Shown piece after piece: positions 60,072 to 64,000 of a stretch of 64,000 nt of DNA. Numbering within the stretch: position 1 is the stretch's first letter; each line of letters begins with the position of its first letter. The stretch lies in the IMG/VR virus record IMGVR_UViG_3300030061_002970; one strand, 5' to 3'. The translations under genes and the position numbers were made by a program. The notes below the pieces were generated by a model that was given only the letters and a program-made list of their open reading frames with translations, was not told where the DNA came from and searched no databases. The DNA is from a virus.

Positions 60072-60747
60072 ATTATTATTTTTAGATATTGAAACTTGTG
60101 GTTCCTATGCGACAATAGAAGAACTAGAAGAGAGAAATGGTATTTTATATAACCTATGGAATAAAATGGGTGACTCTTATTTTAGAAGACATTACCCAGA
60201 GGATGAAAGAATGTCAGACGGTGAATTATTTAAAAAATATTCAGGTTTATTACCGGAGTTTGGTAGGATTGTTTGTGTAAGTGCGGGATTCATAACCGGA
60301 GACGAAAGAAAAATACAGTCATTTACCAAAGGAGGAGAAGAAGATATTTTAAAAGAAACAGTTAATCTTTTAAATAGAGTACATAAACTAAGGTTTTCTT
60401 TGTGTGGACACAATATAAAAACATTTGATTTACCATATCTAGGTAAAAGAATGTTAATAAATAAAATAAAACCTTCCCCTATAATGCCGTCTTATGATAC
60501 AAAACCGTGGGAAATAAAAGCTTTGGATACGAAAGAGTTATGGAACTTTGGGTCATACAAAGGTTTGTCAGCATTACACCTAGTGTGTAGTGTTTTAGGT
60601 TTAGACACACCAAAAGATGGAAAAGTAGATGGTTCTAACATACATAAAAGTTATTATATGGATAATAACATTTCAGAAATAAAAGAATATTGTGAAAAAG
60701 ATGTAAATGCGTTGATGGATATAGTTTCCCACGTAAAATCTTTGTAA
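60046..60747 (+). CDS. PolB-exo-like 3'-5' exonuclease (DEDDy)
   Basis: FLDIET, GHNIKTFDLPY, DTKELW and YCEKDV. Confidence 0.88.
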   Translation: MIDQIQPSKLLFLDIETCGSYATIEELEERNGILYNLWNKMGDSYFRRHYPEDERMSDGELFKKYSGLLPEFGRIVCVSAGFITGDERKIQSFTKGGEEDILKETVNLLNRVHKLRFSLCGHNIKTFDLPYLGKRMLINKIKPSPIMPSYDTKPWEIKALDTKELWNFGSYKGLSALHLVCSVLGLDTPKDGKVDGSNIHKSYYMDNNISEIKEYCEKDVNALMDIVSHVKSL

Positions 60748-60791
60748 ATTCTTTCTAATTAACTTATATTTATAATAAAACAGATTTAAAC

Positions 60792-62210
60792 ATGGCCTTT
60801 AACTTTAAGGAAATCTTAACTAATTTAATTATTGAGGATAGTCGTTACGATGTTCTCATGAAAAAGTACACCGAACCAAAAAAGAAGGGTAAAAAAGCTC
60901 AAATGGATAAGGAACTTTTAAAGACCTTAATGTTGGCAGACCCTACAACTAAATATGAAGGTGCAAACACAGCTGATGAAGATACTAGAGAAATTGAAAA
61001 AGTTGGAGCTTACACTAATTGGATAGTTAAACAGTGGTTAGGTTTACCACAGGAAGCTGACAAAGAATTTGCTTATGGTAGTCCAGATTGGGGTGTTGCA
61101 TTAGAAAGACTACAAAATTTATTTATGGAAGACCTTTATAAGGTGTCGGAAGATTTAGAAAAATTTCACTACCTTAAAAAGACAAAAAAGTATGAAGGAC
61201 AAAAAGATATTGGACAGATAAAGTCTGTATCAGATTTATATGATAATGTAAAAGATTACCAAGTTAGTAAGGATGAAATAACTAAGACTAAAGCAGAAAG
61301 ATTAAGAGACGATGTTGAAAAAGTTTATGAAGATGATAAATGGTTAATTTTAATACCTAAATCTAAAGAAGCTTCTTGTCATTACGGAGGTGGACAAACT
61401 AGATGGTGTACAGCATCAAAAACATCAAACTACTACGACCATTATTCAAAACAAGGTCCATTATATATGATGATGTATAAAGAAGATGCTGGTAAATCAC
61501 CATCTGAAAGTAGAAGTCATCAGTTCCACTTTGAAAGTAATTCATTTTATAACGCAGAGGATAGAAGTATTGAGTTAGGTCCGTTCTTTGCTACATATCC
61601 CGAACTTAAACCATTTTTTAAAGAAAAGTTCGCGAAGTTTATGGGTAAAGATTATGGTAAACAAGTACAACTAAGATACCCTAACGACACAGCGTCTAAA
61701 TATATTTCTATTTATGGGTTCGATGAGTTCTTTGAAGCTTTACCAGAAAGTTTAGAGAGATTGGATATTGAGATATCAAATAATAGAGGGTACGGTCAAA
61801 AAGAAATGAAGACACCAGCTTTTAGATTACCAGATGATATTACAAGATTTAAAAATTTAGAAATGTTACACATTGAAGGTATGTTAAGTGAGTTACCAGA
61901 TGAGGTGGGTGAATTACAAAACTTACAATTTATATCTATACCTAACAACCCTAACTTAGTACACATTCCAGAATCAATAGTTAATCTACCTAATCTACAA
62001 GTACTAAATGTTAAAAATAATTCAAAAATGGTTATACCACACAAAATTATGGAAAAAGCAGCGTGTGGTGAACTAGTATTAATTAAAACCCAACCAGACC
62101 AGTCCTTTGGAGTTGGGGAATGTTCAAATGGACAAAAAGTAGTAGTTAATTACGTTGATAAACAAGGTGATTACAAGACTGCTGAAGAAGCAGAAGCTTC
62201 TATAGAGTAA
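60792..62210 (+). CDS. Leucine-rich-repeat protein with N-terminal WCTA-motif domain
   Basis: EASCHYG...RWCTA, then LPDDITRFKNLEML, LPDEVGELQNLQFI and IPESIVNLPNLQVL. Confidence 0.75.
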   Translation: MAFNFKEILTNLIIEDSRYDVLMKKYTEPKKKGKKAQMDKELLKTLMLADPTTKYEGANTADEDTREIEKVGAYTNWIVKQWLGLPQEADKEFAYGSPDWGVALERLQNLFMEDLYKVSEDLEKFHYLKKTKKYEGQKDIGQIKSVSDLYDNVKDYQVSKDEITKTKAERLRDDVEKVYEDDKWLILIPKSKEASCHYGGGQTRWCTASKTSNYYDHYSKQGPLYMMMYKEDAGKSPSESRSHQFHFESNSFYNAEDRSIELGPFFATYPELKPFFKEKFAKFMGKDYGKQVQLRYPNDTASKYISIYGFDEFFEALPESLERLDIEISNNRGYGQKEMKTPAFRLPDDITRFKNLEMLHIEGMLSELPDEVGELQNLQFISIPNNPNLVHIPESIVNLPNLQVLNVKNNSKMVIPHKIMEKAACGELVLIKTQPDQSFGVGECSNGQKVVVNYVDKQGDYKTAEEAEASIE

Positions 62211-62235
62211 AATTGTTAACTTAAAAACATTATTT

Positions 62236-62424
62236 ATGGAAAATTTTCTATTAAGTTTAGATAGAGAAAAACAAATTAAAATGCTAGAAGATGCATTGAA
62301 GGAAGATAGATTTGATATTTTTACAAGTCTTTCTAAAGTTTTATTGGACGCACCCACAAATAAAGGTGGTGTACCAACAGAAGTAATTGAGGAACTATTT
62401 AAAAAATACCAAAAAACTTATTAA
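62236..62424 (+). CDS. Hypothetical protein
   Basis: 62-aa ORF. Confidence 0.55.
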   Translation: MENFLLSLDREKQIKMLEDALKEDRFDIFTSLSKVLLDAPTNKGGVPTEVIEELFKKYQKTY

Positions 62425-62430
62425 CTCTTC

Positions 62431-62459
62431 TTGTCTAAACACAAAATTTATTATATACT
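62431..62459 (+). promoter_or_regulatory. sigma70-type promoter TTGTCT-N17-TATACT upstream of the tRNA-like gene
   Basis: Read directly from the sequence. Confidence 0.6.
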
Positions 62460-62480
62460 TATATTGAATTAAAGAAACAT

Positions 62481-62550
62481 GCGGGTGTAGCTTAATGAAA
62501 AGCGGCATACATTCCAGTAGGTAGATGGTGATTCGTTTCACCCACCCGCT
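62481..62550 (+). tRNA. Atypical tRNA-Gly(TCC)-like gene
   Basis: Acceptor GCGGGTG/CACCCGC with discriminator T, D-stem GCTT/AAGC, T-stem GGTGA/TCACC, anticodon loop containing TTCCA. Loops are non-canonical and no CCA is encoded. Confidence 0.7.
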
Positions 62551-62566
62551 CTAAAAATTAAAAATT

Positions 62567-62845
62567 ATGGCGAAATTAAGAAAAAGAGGTAACAGAAGTA
62601 GAGAAGACAGAAGGTTAGAAGCGGTTAAAAGACAAGAATACTATAATAGTCTTACACCACAACAAAAACTAGACCGTCTCCCTATAAATGGTGAATCAAA
62701 AAAGGAAATTAATAAATTAACTCATTTAATAAAATTTGGAAGAAAAATAAACACACCAGCTACCCCTTCCAAAACTAAAAAAATGAAAGACGCTAAACCA
62801 TCAAGAAAAGAAAGGTGGCAAGCTAAACAAAAAAATAAAAATTAA
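62567..62845 (+). CDS. Small highly basic protein
   Basis: 92-aa Arg/Lys-rich ORF. Confidence 0.6.
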   Translation: MAKLRKRGNRSREDRRLEAVKRQEYYNSLTPQQKLDRLPINGESKKEINKLTHLIKFGRKINTPATPSKTKKMKDAKPSRKERWQAKQKNKN

Positions 62846-62849
62846 AATT

Positions 62850-63065
62850 ATGACAAAAGAATTATTTGAAATGTTAAGACTATCAGCTGAATCAGACAAA
62901 GCAAAAGCTTTATTATCTTTAAAATTATTAGGTAATAACCCATCAGGTATTGGTGACCACTCAACCGGAGATTTTTATAAAAATGCGGAGGAAGCTCTTG
63001 CTGCACTTGCAGATGCAGATGGTAGACTAAGTACTTTAACAGAGTATTTCGGCAAAGACCAGTAA
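62850..63065 (+). CDS. Hypothetical protein
   Basis: 71-aa ORF with a GIGDHS motif. Confidence 0.65.
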   Translation: MTKELFEMLRLSAESDKAKALLSLKLLGNNPSGIGDHSTGDFYKNAEEALAALADADGRLSTLTEYFGKDQ

Positions 63066-63092
63066 TAAAATTAAAAAAGTTTCTTTAGGGGC

Positions 63093-63121
63093 TTGACAGA
63101 GACATATTTTTAATATATAAT
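63093..63121 (+). promoter_or_regulatory. Perfect sigma70 consensus promoter TTGACA-N17-TATAAT
   Basis: TTGACA 63093-98 and TATAAT 63116-21. Confidence 0.8.
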
Positions 63122-63153
63122 TAAAGGACGTTTAACACTTTAAAAAGATAACC

Positions 63154-64000
63154 ATGAATTTAATCGACGCTTTACAAACAAAAGATACATTGACAGAAAA
63201 CGGGATGACTACAAACTCATCTTCTTTAAATCACTGTGTCAATCTTTTCTTCCAAATCGGAGCAATGCGAGGTATGGATAAGAAAAGGTTACTCGCCAAG
63301 GTCTCTAAAGCGTTTAATGAAGACCCTCTCACAACAATTAAAATTATTTTTTGGGCACGTGATGTCCGTGGTGGAGCTGGTGAGAGACAAAGTGAATACG
63401 GTAGGTGGGATGATGTATTAACATTGGTTGGTACAATGAATTGTTGGGAATCTGCTTTAGATTTAATTAAAACAGCTTTAGATAATAAAGATGGTTTATG
63501 TGCAAAGTGGATGCCTAGAAAAGGTACTAAAGCGAATATCATTCGTAGGTACCTGAAGATGTCACCAAAACAATACCGTAAGTTATTAGTGGGACTTACA
63601 AATGTGGTTGAAACCAAGATGTGTGCAAAGGATTGGAAAAGTATCGATTATTCGAAACTTCCATCCTTAGCCTCGTCAAGGTACCAAAAGACTTTCATGA
63701 AGAATGATGAAAGTAGGTATGAAACGTACAAACAAGCATTAGTGGATGGTGTAACAAAAATTAATGCTGGAGCGGTATACCCTTACGATGTTATCAAATC
63801 TATAAAACAAGGGGGTGAGAAAGTTGTTGCACAAGCACAATGGGACTCATTACCAAATTATATGGAGGATATTAACGAAAGAGTATTACCAGTAGTTGAT
63901 GTATCAGGTTCAATGTATACACCGGCAGGAAATAACGGTAACGTTACCTGTATGGATGTTTCAACATCATTGGGTATGTACATCTCAGAAAGAAACGAAG
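63154..64000 (+). CDS. DUF2828 / TROVE(Ro60)-like vWA-domain protein, 3'-truncated by the window, not in the ORF track
   Basis: Translated by hand from ATG 63154: TENG, RDVRGGAGER, EYGRWDD, LCAKWMPR, YRK, VETKMC..W..IDYSKLPS.A, YPYD, QW and MIDAS VVDVSGSM. Open to the window end. Confidence 0.85.
   Translation, partial: MNLIDALQTKDTLTENGMTTNSSSLNHCVNLFFQIGAMRGMDKKRLLAKVSKAFNEDPLTTIKIIFWARDVRGGAGERQSEYGRWDDVLTLVGTMNCWESALDLIKTALDNKDGLCAKWMPRKGTKANIIRRYLKMSPKQYRKLLVGLTNVVETKMCAKDWKSIDYSKLPSLASSRYQKTFMKNDESRYETYKQALVDGVTKINAGAVYPYDVIKSIKQGGEKVVAQAQWDSLPNYMEDINERVLPVVDVSGSMYTPAGNNGNVTCMDVSTSLGMYISERNE

Noticed and set aside
62481-62550. tRNA-Trp(CCA) or tRNA-Glu(TTC) reading of the anticodon
   Set aside because: The CCA register breaks the anticodon stem and the TTC register lacks U33, while the acceptor stem and U73 match Gly identity.
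63231-63617. Track ORFs 63231..63617(-) and 63236..63421(+)
   Set aside because: Shadows of the real DUF2828-like ORF starting at 63154, which the track missed because it has no stop in the window.
1-64000. Alternative genetic code (TAG/TGA recoding as in Lak or some crAss-like phages)
   Set aside because: Genes are full-length in code 11, and TAG (598, 42156, 56491) and TGA (34901, 59770) act as real stops that abut next genes.

Overview
AT-rich, densely coding segment of a very large (jumbo/mega) tailed phage genome, read in the standard genetic code and almost entirely on the + strand. The host is probably a Bacteroidota member, probably aquatic. This is inferred from TAnnTTTG promoters, SprB-like and dockerin-like domains, an Hc1 histone-like protein, DUF2061 and GSII. 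About 1-28 kb is a virion/baseplate-tail block, including a 2649-aa Cys/Pro-rich modular protein. About 28-39 kb covers replication and recombination (RuvC-like resolvase, primase, PD-(D/E)xK nuclease, SbcD/SbcC with a DegT + GT2 insert) plus a sigma-70 factor. About 39-44 kb holds envelope/lysis-like and probable head-internal proteins. About 44-64 kb holds accessory and host-takeover genes: Hc1, DnaJ, DruA-like, HAD, cyclophilin, cysteine synthase, cell-wall hydrolase, DHH, GSII, 3'-5' exonuclease, an LRR protein, an atypical tRNA-Gly-like gene and a truncated DUF2828/TROVE-like vWA gene. Most notable are the giant Cys-rich protein with a possible phage-encoded cysteine-supply and folding toolkit, the non-canonical tRNA-Gly near a Ro60-like gene, three promoter classes (two apparently leaderless), and late-promoter genes sharing an ITExQ/LxE leader suggestive of capsid-packaged cargo. 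All family assignments are by motif recognition only; no searches were run.
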